In this document: positions 39,688-49,363 of the stretch, one piece after another
How positions within the stretch are numbered: position 1 is the first letter of the stretch
Layout: the number at the start of each line of letters is the position of its first letter
Assembly (NCBI GenBank): GCA_963785725.1
Contig: CAWAWS010000007.1
Span: forward strand, 480,001-544,000
Origin: an uncultured delta proteobacterium
Lineage (GTDB): Bacteria; Myxococcota_A; Polyangia; Palsa-1104
Length of the DNA: 64,000 nt
Reading direction: 5' to 3'
Position numbers and translations under genes: made by a program
The notes under the pieces: model-generated
Database searches by the model: none
Seen by the model: only the letters and a program-made list of their open reading frames with translations
What the model was told of the DNA's origin: nothing

Positions 39688-41871
39688 CTACTTCACGCGA
39701 AACGTGACTTGCAGCGCGCCGACATTGTCTGCCGCGTCCACCGCGCGCACCGCCAGCGAATGCGTGCCCGCGACGAGCCCGCTCGGCAGCTTCACGCTGA
39801 ACTCCTCGTTCGGATCGTCGAGAATCCCGTCCTTGGGCGCGAACGGCTGCCAATCGCCGCCGTCGACCGAGTACGCCAGATCCGAGATCGTCGAGAAGCT
39901 GTCGCGCGCACGCCCGCTCGCCCACGGATACGCCACCTTCAGATCGAGCAGCTCGGGCTTGCGGTTGTCGACGAGGAACGGCGTCGACGCCAGGCTATGC
40001 TCGAGCGCCTCCTCGCGCGGATTGGAGCGCTCGTCGGACGCCACCACCTTGACGACATAATTTCCGTCGGGAATCGACTCGGTGTTCCACTCGTAATCGG
40101 TGCGCGTCAAAGGCTCGGATCCGCCGAGCGGCTTCCAATTGCTCTCGCTCTCCTCGCGGAAATAGAGCCGATAGATGAGATCGTCGTCGTCGGGATTCTC
40201 GACGCGCCAGCGCAGCTTGACGACCGGCGACCGCGGCTTGGTCGCGCGCACGAACGCCGACGGTCGCCGCGCCTGCGTCTCCTCGCCGACGGTGAGCTCG
40301 GTGATGCGCGGCGGCTGATTCTTCGGCTGATAATAGGTCGTCAAATCGCGCAGCACCGTATGTGTCGCCGCGAAATTGACTCGCACCTGCAGATAGCGGC
40401 CATCCGGCGACGCGATATGGCCGACACCGCCGTCGCCCGTCTTCTCCATACGCAGCGGCGCCGTCCAGCCGCTCCACGTCTTGTCGGGATGCGACGTGTT
40501 GCCGGCGCGCGTCTCCAGCGTCAGCTGCCCGTGCCCGCTCCAGCGCACGTTGCCCCAGCGCGCCGGAAACTGCGCGTCGTAGACCTTGGTGACGTAATGC
40601 GAATCCTTGGGCGGATCGGCGCTGACACGATAAAGCGCGCCCGCGTCACCGGTTCCGATCAGCCCGTTTGGTGCACTTGCACCATGGTTTTGTGCAAACG
40701 CATCAAGCGACATCGTCAACACTTGGCGCTCCGGCAGATCGAGCGCCGTAATCACCGTGCGATCGGGGCGAATGAGGTAGACGCGGCCGTTGGAGCCGCT
40801 CGCCGCCCACACGTTGCCGTCGCTGTCGGCGAACACGGCGGTGAAGTAGCCGTCGGCGAGCGCGTGCAGCTGCTCGACGCGGCCGTCGGGATCGAGCCGG
40901 TAGATGGCGCCGCGGCCGCGGCGATCGCGGGTCAGCGACGCCGTCGTCGCCGGCGCGGCCGGTGTCGCCGGCAGCACCATCTTCGTGCCGTGCGGCGCGT
41001 CCGGTCCCGTCGAGACGGCGGGCGCGGTCGTTCCGGTGCGCTGGAACTCGTTGACGGCGACGTAGGTGACGTTGCCGCGGCGGGAGATGGCGCGCACCTC
41101 GTCGCCGTCGAAGTCGTGCAGCGCTTGCACCGTCGCGCCGTTCGCGGTGGGGACGATGCGATACAAGATGGCCTGATCGGCCGAGCCGGCGAGCAGCGCG
41201 CCGTCGTCGGCGCGCGCGAGCGACAGGAGGTGCTTCTCGCCGGTCTCGTAGACGAGCCGATCGCGGCGCCCGAACGACGGCCGATCGAGGTGCGACGCGT
41301 CGATGGCGAAGAGGCGCCCCGCCGGCCCGGTGGCGGCGTACAGCGTCTGCTTGGCTTCGTCGTAGGTCATCGCCCACACGTGCTCGGCGTCGAGCTTGGC
41401 CAGCTCCCGCGCCTTGCCGTCGCGGTCGATGAGATAGACGCGCCCGCCCGGCATCGTGCCCGCGAAGACGCTGCCGTTGGGGCCGACCGCCAGCGACGAG
41501 ACGAGGATCGCGTCTAGCTTGCACAGCCGCCGCAGCTTGCCCTTCTGATAGACGTAGACGACGCCCTGATCGCCGGTGCCGACGAAGACGGTGCCGTCCG
41601 CGCTGCTCGCCGTCGTGTACACGACCGACTCGTTGACCTCGATGCGCGTGGCGCTGAAGCCGCTCGTGGCCTCGCCCAGCGACGAGAGCAAGACGCCGGT
41701 CGATTCGCCTTCGTCGAAGTCTTTATAGCTGGTGATGCGCCAGGCGCGCGTGCCGCCGGCGAACGCAGCCTTTGTGGTGCAAATGCATAATAATGTGATG
41801 CAAACGCACAATAAGGCCGTCAGCTTGCGGAGAGATATTTTGCGATCGCACAACGAAGGCGCGGGCGTCAC
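39688..41871 (-). CDS. Secreted beta-propeller protein with C-terminal FN3/Ig-like domains
   Basis: Repeated blades (DGTVFVGTGDQG, NGSVFAGTMPGG, DGNVWAASGSNG), PDGNYVVKVVASD; GTGA-coupled to the SpoIVB gene. Confidence 0.82.
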   Translation of the reverse strand: MTPAPSLCDRKISLRKLTALLCVCITLLCICTTKAAFAGGTRAWRITSYKDFDEGESTGVLLSSLGEATSGFSATRIEVNESVVYTTASSADGTVFVGTGDQGVVYVYQKGKLRRLCKLDAILVSSLAVGPNGSVFAGTMPGGRVYLIDRDGKARELAKLDAEHVWAMTYDEAKQTLYAATGPAGRLFAIDASHLDRPSFGRRDRLVYETGEKHLLSLARADDGALLAGSADQAILYRIVPTANGATVQALHDFDGDEVRAISRRGNVTYVAVNEFQRTGTTAPAVSTGPDAPHGTKMVLPATPAAPATTASLTRDRRGRGAIYRLDPDGRVEQLHALADGYFTAVFADSDGNVWAASGSNGRVYLIRPDRTVITALDLPERQVLTMSLDAFAQNHGASAPNGLIGTGDAGALYRVSADPPKDSHYVTKVYDAQFPARWGNVRWSGHGQLTLETRAGNTSHPDKTWSGWTAPLRMEKTGDGGVGHIASPDGRYLQVRVNFAATHTVLRDLTTYYQPKNQPPRITELTVGEETQARRPSAFVRATKPRSPVVKLRWRVENPDDDDLIYRLYFREESESNWKPLGGSEPLTRTDYEWNTESIPDGNYVVKVVASDERSNPREEALEHSLASTPFLVDNRKPELLDLKVAYPWASGRARDSFSTISDLAYSVDGGDWQPFAPKDGILDDPNEEFSVKLPSGLVAGTHSLAVRAVDAADNVGALQVTFRVK

Positions 41872-43964
41872 TGGCTCTGGTCGTCCTTGACGTGAACGGT
41901 GATCTCTTGTTTGCCCTGCATGACGCCGCGCATGGGCACGACGAAGCGGGCGGCGCGCTTGAACGTGTCGGCGCGACGCGTGGAGGCGCCCGGCCGCAGC
42001 GTATCGATGACGGAGCCGGGCAGATCGGGGATGACGCTGCCGCGGAGGGTGACGCCTTCGTCGGGCGTCTCCAGGCCGACGACGATGGAGTCGGCGGGGT
42101 AGCCTTTGCGCAAGTTGTCGATGAGGCCGCCCAAGCTCTCGGGCGGCGCGACGTCGGGGTGCGCGAGGCTGCCGGCGGTGACGACGACCTTGACCGACTG
42201 CCCGGCGAGCGCGCGCGGCACTTCGAGCGGGATGGCGCGGACGTATTCCTGGCCGGCGTAGGGGCGCAAGGTGACGTAGAGGTTGGGGCGCGAGCCGGGC
42301 ACGAGGTCGTCGGAGTTGAGCGCCACGCCGACGATCTCCGAGACCTCCGCCTTGTAGTCGACGTCGACGTCGATGTCGATGCGGTCGAGGTTGGCGGGCG
42401 CGAACGGGTTGAAGAGGATGTCGCCGATCGCCTTCAAGCCCGACGCCGACGCCAGCGTGCGCGTCGAGACGCCGTCGGGCGAGTAGACGTGATCGATGAG
42501 CACGAGCGGTTTGTAGCCGCGCACGGCCAGGTTCGAGCGCACCGTGATGGTGGCGTCGGCGACGTCGCTGGCCGCGTTCTGCGCGGCGTTGGCGACGACG
42601 GTCGAGGCCAGCATCGGCGTCAGGAAGCGGTGGCGCACCACCTCGAAGTGGAAGTCCTGCTCGGCGCGACCGGGCCCGCCGACTTTGACGTGCACGGGGA
42701 TCATGTCGGCGCGCTGCGACGTGTCGCCGATGATGCCGGCCTGGCGATCTTGCACCAGCGAGCCGATCTCGTTCAGCGGCGACGCCATCTTGAACGACGA
42801 CGACAGCGCCGACATGAACGTGTGAATCTCGGCGGTGGCGATCGGCAGATAAATCTCGCCGACGTTGAACATCGGATGGCCGAAGGCGAGCACTTTGTCG
42901 CCTTCGACGGCGGTGACGGTGCCGGTGCCGGCGGCGCTGACGTCGCCGCGGATGAGCTGCACGGCGATGGATCCGCCGTTCTCGAACGCTTTCGGCCCGC
43001 TGCCGTCGCCGCTGCCGGAGCCGCCGGCCTGCAGCGGCACCATATGGAACGGCTCGAAGACGCGCGTCAGCTCGGCGAACGCGGCGGCGCCGACGCCGGC
43101 CAGCGACAGCGGCACCGACGCGCGCACCAGGCGCGGCTCGGCGCCTTCGGGCAGCGCCGGCAGCGGCAGGCGCGCCAACAGCGGCGAGCGATCGTTCACC
43201 GGATCGCGGCCGTCGCCGATGGCCTCCGCCAAGCTGCGCCGCGCCGACGCCGTAAATTGTGCATTCGCGTCATTACGTTGTGCGAATGCACCATCACGTT
43301 GTGCGATTGCATCATTATGTTGTGCGTTTGCACCAACTTCGCCACCGCGACGACGATATTGCGGATCATTGGCCGCTTCGGCGACGGGCGTGCTCGACCG
43401 GCCGCGCAGCGGGCGCTTCAGGTCCGCCATCATCGTCTCGATGGGCGTGACGCCGGCGATGGGATCCTTCGCGAAGTGCCAGCCATAGCTGAGCGCGCCG
43501 GCCAGGCGGCCTTCGAAGTAGATGGGCGAGCCCGACATGCCGGCGACGATGCCCGAGTGCAACAGGCGCGGATCGTCGGACTGCACGAGGATGATGTCCT
43601 GCTTGGGCAGGAAGTTGTGCAGCACGCTGATGACAGTGACGTCGAAGCGCTCGGGCTTCGTGCCTTTGAACACCGTCAGGCCGTAGCCTTTCATGCCGGC
43701 GCGGACTTCGGATAACGGCATGTAGTTGCCGTGGCGGACGGCGGCAGGCGTGACGATGGGCGCGTTGCCGCGCGCCGGCAGCGACCCGGGAGCGGCGGTC
43801 GTCGGCGACGTCGTGGGCGTGATGGTCATCGGAGCGCCGGTCGTCGCCGAAGCCGGGGCGACCGCGCTGCTCGTGTTCGGTGCGGCACCGGCGACGGAGG
43901 CGATCAGAGCCGCGGCTGCGACCGACGAGACAGGTAGCAGGCGAGCGGTCAGACGCAGGAACAT
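41868..43964 (-). CDS. SpoIVB-type (S55) peptidase domain protein with in-frame repeat insertion
   Basis: GMKGYGLTVFKG, GIVAGMSGSPIY, GTGTVT, LAFGHP; signal peptide from ATG 43964. Confidence 0.88.
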   Translation of the reverse strand: MFLRLTARLLPVSSVAAAALIASVAGAAPNTSSAVAPASATTGAPMTITPTTSPTTAAPGSLPARGNAPIVTPAAVRHGNYMPLSEVRAGMKGYGLTVFKGTKPERFDVTVISVLHNFLPKQDIILVQSDDPRLLHSGIVAGMSGSPIYFEGRLAGALSYGWHFAKDPIAGVTPIETMMADLKRPLRGRSSTPVAEAANDPQYRRRGGEVGANAQHNDAIAQRDGAFAQRNDANAQFTASARRSLAEAIGDGRDPVNDRSPLLARLPLPALPEGAEPRLVRASVPLSLAGVGAAAFAELTRVFEPFHMVPLQAGGSGSGDGSGPKAFENGGSIAVQLIRGDVSAAGTGTVTAVEGDKVLAFGHPMFNVGEIYLPIATAEIHTFMSALSSSFKMASPLNEIGSLVQDRQAGIIGDTSQRADMIPVHVKVGGPGRAEQDFHFEVVRHRFLTPMLASTVVANAAQNAASDVADATITVRSNLAVRGYKPLVLIDHVYSPDGVSTRTLASASGLKAIGDILFNPFAPANLDRIDIDVDVDYKAEVSEIVGVALNSDDLVPGSRPNLYVTLRPYAGQEYVRAIPLEVPRALAGQSVKVVVTAGSLAHPDVAPPESLGGLIDNLRKGYPADSIVVGLETPDEGVTLRGSVIPDLPGSVIDTLRPGASTRRADTFKRAARFVVPMRGVMQGKQEITVHVKDDQSQ
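43257..43340. repeat. 4 x 21-bp array inside the CDS
   Basis: TTGTGCATTCGCGTCATTACG / TTGTGCGAATGCACCATCACG / TTGTGCGATTGCATCATTATG / TTGTGCGTTTGCACCAACTTC. Confidence 0.95.
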
Positions 43965-44171
43965 CCCATCGAGTGTACGGGGCGTCGAACGGAGGGTCAA
44001 ACCCGGATTTGCCGACGGTGAGCGTGCGCTCGGCCACGTTTCGGGCAGACGTCTCGTCGCTGAGCCGGCAGGCGACCGGCGCGGTGGGCGCCCCGTTCAC
44101 ACCCTCCGCGACGCGCGTCGTCATGCGTCATCCGCGACGGAGACCGTTGAAATTGCAGCGCCCGATGAAGC

Positions 44172-44237
44172 TTGTTGTGCATTTGCATAATAAATGATGC
44201 GAGCGCACAATTCACTGCTGATGTGCGTTCGCATCAC
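44172..44237. repeat. 3 TGC-N4-GCA units in a divergent intergenic region
   Basis: TTGTGCATTTGCATAAT, TGATGCGAGCGCACAAT, ATGTGCGTTCGCATCA. Confidence 0.85.
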
Positions 44238-44471
44238 GAATCCGGTGGCTCGGTGGAGGTCGCCTCAGGCGCGGACGGTAGGCGGCCTGAGAAAAAGCGC
44301 GCGCGCGAGAATATTGGACAGTGGTTCCCGTTATTTGAGTGTGCGGTTGGACAACTGAGGGGTCGCGCCGACATCAGGAGAACGTGGGAATTCGGTCACT
44401 TGTGATGGCGTCGACACGGTAGGGCTCCGTAGCGATTGACGGCGCGCGCCGTGCGGGGATACCCTTCGCGC

Positions 44472-44912
44472 ATGAAGTCTTTGTGGTGCGCCGGCATCAT
44501 GTTTTGTTGTGCAGTTGCGTCATCAGGCTGTGGCGGAAGCTCGGCGACGTCGTCCACCAAGGACGTCATCGGCAGCTACATGGTCATGATCACGAACACC
44601 GACGTCAATCGCACCGACTCCGACGTCATGACGGTAGCGCCGGGCAGCGGCGGCGACATCTTGCTGACGTTCGTCGCCGGCATCACGACCGATATTTCCG
44701 GCCCGAACCCGGACGGGTTGCGCGGGACGATCAAAGCGACCGAAGTGACGGTGGCGTCGCAGCCGGCGCACGTCGATCACTCGACGGGCAACCTCGACGG
44801 GACGATCAGCGGAACGGGCACGTTCAAGACTGACGGCGTCGACCTGAAGATGATGTTCGAGCCGGCCGGCGGCACGGCGATGTCGTTCGAGATCACCGGC
44901 ACCCACCTGTAA
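44472..44912 (+). CDS. Hypothetical lipoprotein
   Basis: MKSLWCAGIMFCCAVASSGC then a Ser/Thr linker and a beta-rich domain with host codon bias. Confidence 0.75.
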   Translation: MKSLWCAGIMFCCAVASSGCGGSSATSSTKDVIGSYMVMITNTDVNRTDSDVMTVAPGSGGDILLTFVAGITTDISGPNPDGLRGTIKATEVTVASQPAHVDHSTGNLDGTISGTGTFKTDGVDLKMMFEPAGGTAMSFEITGTHL

Positions 44913-45016
44913 TCGTCCCGCGCGCCGCCGCGACGGCGGACGGCTTCATTCGCAGAATTACCGCTTTTTAGTCCCCCCAAAAAACGCTCCTCTCGCTCGA
45001 TCATCGCGGCTCGTCG

Positions 45017-45190
45017 AGCGATCGATAAGGCGACACTCAGCGATGGCGCTTGGCGGTTGCCGCGCGGTCAAGCGATCGGATCGAGCAGGCGAGCCTTAGC
45101 GATGGCGCTTGGTGGTTTCCGCGAGGTCGTGCGATCGGAGCGATCAGCCGAGCCTTAGCGATGGCGCTTGGTGATTTCCGCGAGGTCGTA
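45017..45190. repeat. About 3 x 59-bp tandem repeat
   Basis: CT(C/T)AGCGATGGCGCTTGG at 45036, 45095 and 45154. Confidence 0.9.
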
Positions 45191-45269
45191 AGCATTTCGG
45201 CGCAGTTGTTCGCCGAGGCCGGCCGCAGACATTGTCGCTCGCGCGGCGCGGCCAGCAGTCGCGGTCGGG

Positions 45270-46064
45270 TTACGGCACGAGGACGGTGCCGACGCTGCCG
45301 GGCTCTCCGACGGCGCGCGCGACGTCGCGCGAGACGATGTAGATGGCGCGCGCGCCGGCTTCCAACGCCGCGAACGACTCCTCCAGCTTCGGGATCATTC
45401 CGCCCGACACCGTGCCGTCGGCGATGGCGCGCTTGCCGTCGGCGACGGTCAGCCGCGGGATGCGCGACGCCGGGTCCTGAATGTCGCGCAAGACGCCCGG
45501 CGCGCCGGTGACGAGCACGAGCGCGTCCGCCCGCAGCGCGCCGGCGAGCTGGTTGGCGACGATGTCGGCGTTGATGTTGTAGACCGCGCCGTCGCTGCCG
45601 TGGCCGAGGCAGGCCACGACCGGCACGTAGCCATCGTCGAGAACGCGCGCCAGCAGCGCCAGATCGAAGTCGTCGACATCGCCGACGTGACCGAAGTCGA
45701 TCGGATCGGGCCCGCAGCCGGAAACGACCCGTGGCGGCCTCTTGTGCGCTCGCACAATATCGTGGAGCCCCACCGGCTTCAGCCCCGCGGCACGCAGCTG
45801 CGTGCACAGGTCGACGTTCACCTGGCCGGCGATGACCATCTTCATGACGTCGAGCGTGGCGGCGTCGGTGATGCGGCGGCCGCCGACGATGCGCGACTCG
45901 ATGCCCAGCCTCTTCGACAGCGCCGTCGCTTGCGGGCCGCCGCCGTGGCTGACGACGACGCGGCGGCCGCCGTCGACGAGCGTGCGCAGGTCGCGCGCCA
46001 GCGGCGCCATCTCCGCGCCGCCGACGACCTCGCCGCCGAGTTTGACGACGATCGTTTCACTCAT
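45270..46064 (-). CDS. argB: Acetylglutamate kinase
   Basis: VVKLGG, HGGGPQ, GRRITD, YNINAD, GGMIPKL. Confidence 0.95.
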   Translation of the reverse strand: MSETIVVKLGGEVVGGAEMAPLARDLRTLVDGGRRVVVSHGGGPQATALSKRLGIESRIVGGRRITDAATLDVMKMVIAGQVNVDLCTQLRAAGLKPVGLHDIVRAHKRPPRVVSGCGPDPIDFGHVGDVDDFDLALLARVLDDGYVPVVACLGHGSDGAVYNINADIVANQLAGALRADALVLVTGAPGVLRDIQDPASRIPRLTVADGKRAIADGTVSGGMIPKLEESFAALEAGARAIYIVSRDVARAVGEPGSVGTVLVP

Positions 46065-46086
46065 GGCTCATCCCATCGTGGAGGTC

Positions 46087-46149
46087 ATGGTGCAGTTGCA
46101 TAATTATATGGTGCAAATGCGTAATTGCATGATGCAAATGCACAATTAC
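46087..46149. repeat. 3 x 21-bp array between argC and argB
   Basis: ATGGTGCAGTTGCATAATTAT / ATGGTGCAAATGCGTAATTGC / ATGATGCAAATGCACAATTAC; overlaps the argC TAA. Confidence 0.95.
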
Positions 46150-47210
46150 GGCCACGAGCCGGGATCTTCGAGCGTCAGCTTCTCGTCGAGGCCGAGCATG
46201 ATGTTCATGCTCTGGATGGCCTGGCCGGCGCCGCCCTTGATGAGGTTGTCGAGGACCGAGAAACAGCTGACGAGCCGCTTGCCAGTGACCGGATCGGGCG
46301 TGTCGGAGACGGCGAAGCCGACCTCCACGAAGTTCGAGCCGGAGACGGCGGCGACCTCGGGCAGCCGCTTTTTCGGCACGCGCACGAACGGCTCGCCGCG
46401 GTAGGTCTCGGCGAACGCCGAGGCGATGGCGTCCTTGGTCGCCTTGCCGTCGACGTGGGCGAAGCAGGTGGCGAAGATGCCGCGCGGCAGCGGCGCCGAG
46501 ATCGGCACGAAGCGCAGGAGCAGGTTGCGCGCGCCCGCCGACGCCAGCGTCTCGGTGATCTCGGGGATGTGCTGGTGCTCGAGCGGCTTGTAGGTGCGCA
46601 GGTTGACCGCGCGCGTCGGATGGTGCGTCGTCGCCGTCGGCACGACGCCCGCGCCCGACGAGCCGGTGATGCCGACGACTTCGACGCCGCCTTCGAGCAG
46701 CCCGGCCTTGGCCAGCGGCAAGAGGCCGAGCTCGATGGTCGTCGCGAAACAGCCGGGCGAAGCGACGTATTTTGCCGTCTTGATGCGCTCGCGGTTGAGC
46801 TCGGGCAGTCCGTAGACGAAGGTGCCGTCGAGGAGGTGCGCCGACGGATGCGCCTGCCCGTAATATTTCTGGTAGGCGGCGGCGTCGCGCAGGCGGAAAT
46901 CGCCCGACAGATCGACGATGCGCGCGCCCGTCTTCATGATGTCGGGGACTTTGTGCGCGCTCACTTTGTGGGGCAGCCCGAGGAGCACGATATCCATCCC
47001 GCGCGCGGCCTCTTCGGGCGGCAGCTCTTCGAACTTCAGCTCGCTCAGCCCTTCGAGGTTGGGATGCGCGTCGGCGAGCGGCTCACCGACGAAGTCGACG
47101 GACGCGACGCGCTCGAGGCTCACTTGCGGGTGCAAGAGGAGGCGGCGGATCAGCTCGTTGCCGCCGTAGCCGGATCCGCCGATGATGGCGGCCTTGAATC
47201 GCTTGGTCAT
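46146..47210 (-). CDS. argC: N-acetyl-gamma-glutamyl-phosphate reductase
   Basis: GGSGYGG, VDLSGDFRL, YGLPE, ASPGCFAT, HQHIPEI, DNLIKGGAGQA. Confidence 0.96.
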   Translation of the reverse strand: MTKRFKAAIIGGSGYGGNELIRRLLLHPQVSLERVASVDFVGEPLADAHPNLEGLSELKFEELPPEEAARGMDIVLLGLPHKVSAHKVPDIMKTGARIVDLSGDFRLRDAAAYQKYYGQAHPSAHLLDGTFVYGLPELNRERIKTAKYVASPGCFATTIELGLLPLAKAGLLEGGVEVVGITGSSGAGVVPTATTHHPTRAVNLRTYKPLEHQHIPEITETLASAGARNLLLRFVPISAPLPRGIFATCFAHVDGKATKDAIASAFAETYRGEPFVRVPKKRLPEVAAVSGSNFVEVGFAVSDTPDPVTGKRLVSCFSVLDNLIKGGAGQAIQSMNIMLGLDEKLTLEDPGSWP

Positions 47211-47262
47211 GCGGAAGATCTAGCGGGATCGGCTCGCGATGTCCATCGACCGGCCGGATTCT

Positions 47263-47354
47263 ATGGTGCAAATGCATCATGACGCGGGCGCGGCTCCGTG
47301 GCGTCGCTGGAGATATTGTGCATATGCGCATTATTGTTGTGCATATGCATCATG
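47263..47354. repeat. 3 TGC-N4-GC units between argC and the sulfatase gene
   Basis: ATGGTGCAAATGCATCAT, then TTGTGCATATGCGCATT and TTGTGCATATGCATCAT 21 bp apart. Confidence 0.9.
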
Positions 47355-47592
47355 ACGGTGTCGACAGCGGAGTGGGAGTTGGCGACGCCGGGCGGGCGCG
47401 CGGTGCGCGTCGACTATCGTCGGTGGCTCGCGCAACGTTCGCATTGTTTACCGTCGAGCCAGCCGGCGCGGATGTGTCGCGCCGATCGTCGAGGCTATTT
47501 GCAGAGCGACTGATAAAGGGCCGCTCTGCAGGAATGAACCGATTGACGTCACTGTATTCGCGCTGAGAGCCATGCCTTCGAGGAGGCGCGGC

Positions 47593-49134
47593 ATGGCAAA
47601 GACGAACGGCAGCGGCGGTCAGCGCAAGCCGAACATCGTGTTCATCATGGGCGACGACATCGGGTGGTTCAACGTCGGCGCCTACCATCGCGGCATGATG
47701 GCCGGGCGAACGCCGAATATCGACAAGCTGGCCGCCCAAGGCGTGATCTTCACGGACTATTACGCCGAAGCGAGCTGCACCGCCGGGCGCGCCAACTTCG
47801 TCACCGGGCAGCTGCCCATCCGCACCGGGCTGACCACGGTCGGCCAGGCCGGCGCCAAGCTCGGCATGCCGGCGGATGCGCCCACCATCGCCACTGCGCT
47901 CAAAGAGCTGGGCTACGCCACCGGCCAGTTCGGCAAGAACCACTTCGGCGACCTCAACGAGTACCTTCCCACCGTCCACGGCTTCGACGAGTTCTGGGGC
48001 TACCTTTATCACTTGGACGCGATGGAGGACCCAGAGCATCCGAACTACCCGGCCGCGCTCAAGGACAAGATCGGCCCGCGCAACCTGCTTCATTGCTGGG
48101 CCACCGATCGCGACGACGGGACGATCGATCCGCGCTGGGGCAAGGTGGGCAAGCAGCGCATCGAGGACGCCGGCGAGCTCTACTCGAAGCGGATGGAGAC
48201 GGTCGACGACGAGATCCTCGCGCACATGTTCCAATTCATCGACGAGGCCCACGGCGCGGGCAAGCCCTTCTTCTGCTACCACAACCCGACGCGCATGCAC
48301 GTCGTCACGCACCTCGCCGACAAGTACCAGAAGATGCGTAATTCCGAGAATGGCTGGAGCATTTACGAAGCCGGCATGGCGCAGCTCGATGACCTGGTCG
48401 GCGCGGTGATGCAGAAGCTCGACGACTTGGGCGTCGCCGACAACACCATCCTCGTGTTCACCACTGACAACGGCGCCGAGAACTTCACCTGGCCCGATGG
48501 CGGGCAGACGCCCTTTGCCGGCGCCAAGGGCACCGTGCTCGAAGGCGGCTTCCGCGTGCCCTGCGTGGCGCGCTGGCCGGGTCACATTCCTGCGGGCAAG
48601 GTCGAGAACGGGATCATCTCCGGGCTCGACTGGTTCCCCACCATCGTCGCGGCGGCGGGCAACCCCAACATCGTCGAAGAGCTGAAGCAGGAGCGTGAGC
48701 TCAACGGCCGGCGCTACAAAGTGCACCTCGACGGCTACGACCAGCGCGAGTTCCTGGCCGGCAAGAAGCCGTCCGCGCGCCACGAAATCTACTACTTCGC
48801 CGAGGCGACGCTCGGGGCGATTCGGATCAATGACTACAAGTATCGCTTCATCGATCAGCCGACCGGCTGGATGGGCGGCACGGTGAAGGTCGATTGGCCG
48901 CTCCTGGTCAACCTGCGCCTCGACCCGTTCGAGCGCACGGGCATGGGGCAATCGATCGAGCAGGCCGAGTGGTTCAAGTTCGAGTTCTGGCGGTTCGTCT
49001 TCGTGCAGGACGTCGTGGCCAGGTTCGCCGAGAGCTTCATCCAATTTCCGCCGTCGCAGAAACCGAGCACGTTCAACCTCGACGCCATCAAGGAACAGGT
49101 CCAGCGCGCCCAGCATTCGCACGCTGGGGCGTGA
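47593..49134 (+). CDS. Arylsulfatase (formylglycine type)
   Basis: KPNIVFIMGDD, SCTAGR (CxAxR), GKNH, TTDNG; AGGAGG RBS; no obvious signal peptide. Confidence 0.93.
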   Translation: MAKTNGSGGQRKPNIVFIMGDDIGWFNVGAYHRGMMAGRTPNIDKLAAQGVIFTDYYAEASCTAGRANFVTGQLPIRTGLTTVGQAGAKLGMPADAPTIATALKELGYATGQFGKNHFGDLNEYLPTVHGFDEFWGYLYHLDAMEDPEHPNYPAALKDKIGPRNLLHCWATDRDDGTIDPRWGKVGKQRIEDAGELYSKRMETVDDEILAHMFQFIDEAHGAGKPFFCYHNPTRMHVVTHLADKYQKMRNSENGWSIYEAGMAQLDDLVGAVMQKLDDLGVADNTILVFTTDNGAENFTWPDGGQTPFAGAKGTVLEGGFRVPCVARWPGHIPAGKVENGIISGLDWFPTIVAAAGNPNIVEELKQERELNGRRYKVHLDGYDQREFLAGKKPSARHEIYYFAEATLGAIRINDYKYRFIDQPTGWMGGTVKVDWPLLVNLRLDPFERTGMGQSIEQAEWFKFEFWRFVFVQDVVARFAESFIQFPPSQKPSTFNLDAIKEQVQRAQHSHAGA

Positions 49135-49363
49135 TCAGCCCGCCGCGCCTTCCGTGTCCGTTCGACGAGACGCTCGCTTCTACGCCAGGGTACGATCAAA
49201 GCCTTCGCAGACATCATTCGATCAGATCGTCGGGAGATTCTGCGGCGCGTAGTCGCGGCTGCGGCGCACCGTCGGCACGTCGCGACAGACCGGCGACGCA
49301 GTGCGGTTGCGAACCCGCAGCGATCGCGTCGCCAGCTCGGCCCGCATGCAGTAAAGTCGCGCC

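Noticed and set aside
46087..46149. 21-bp arrays near argC/argB as ArgR ARG boxes
   Set aside because: Tandem ARG boxes also have ~21-bp period, but the box is TGMAT-N4-ATKCA (TGCA spacing about 10/11), whereas here spacing is 6/15, and the motif occurs at many non-arginine loci.
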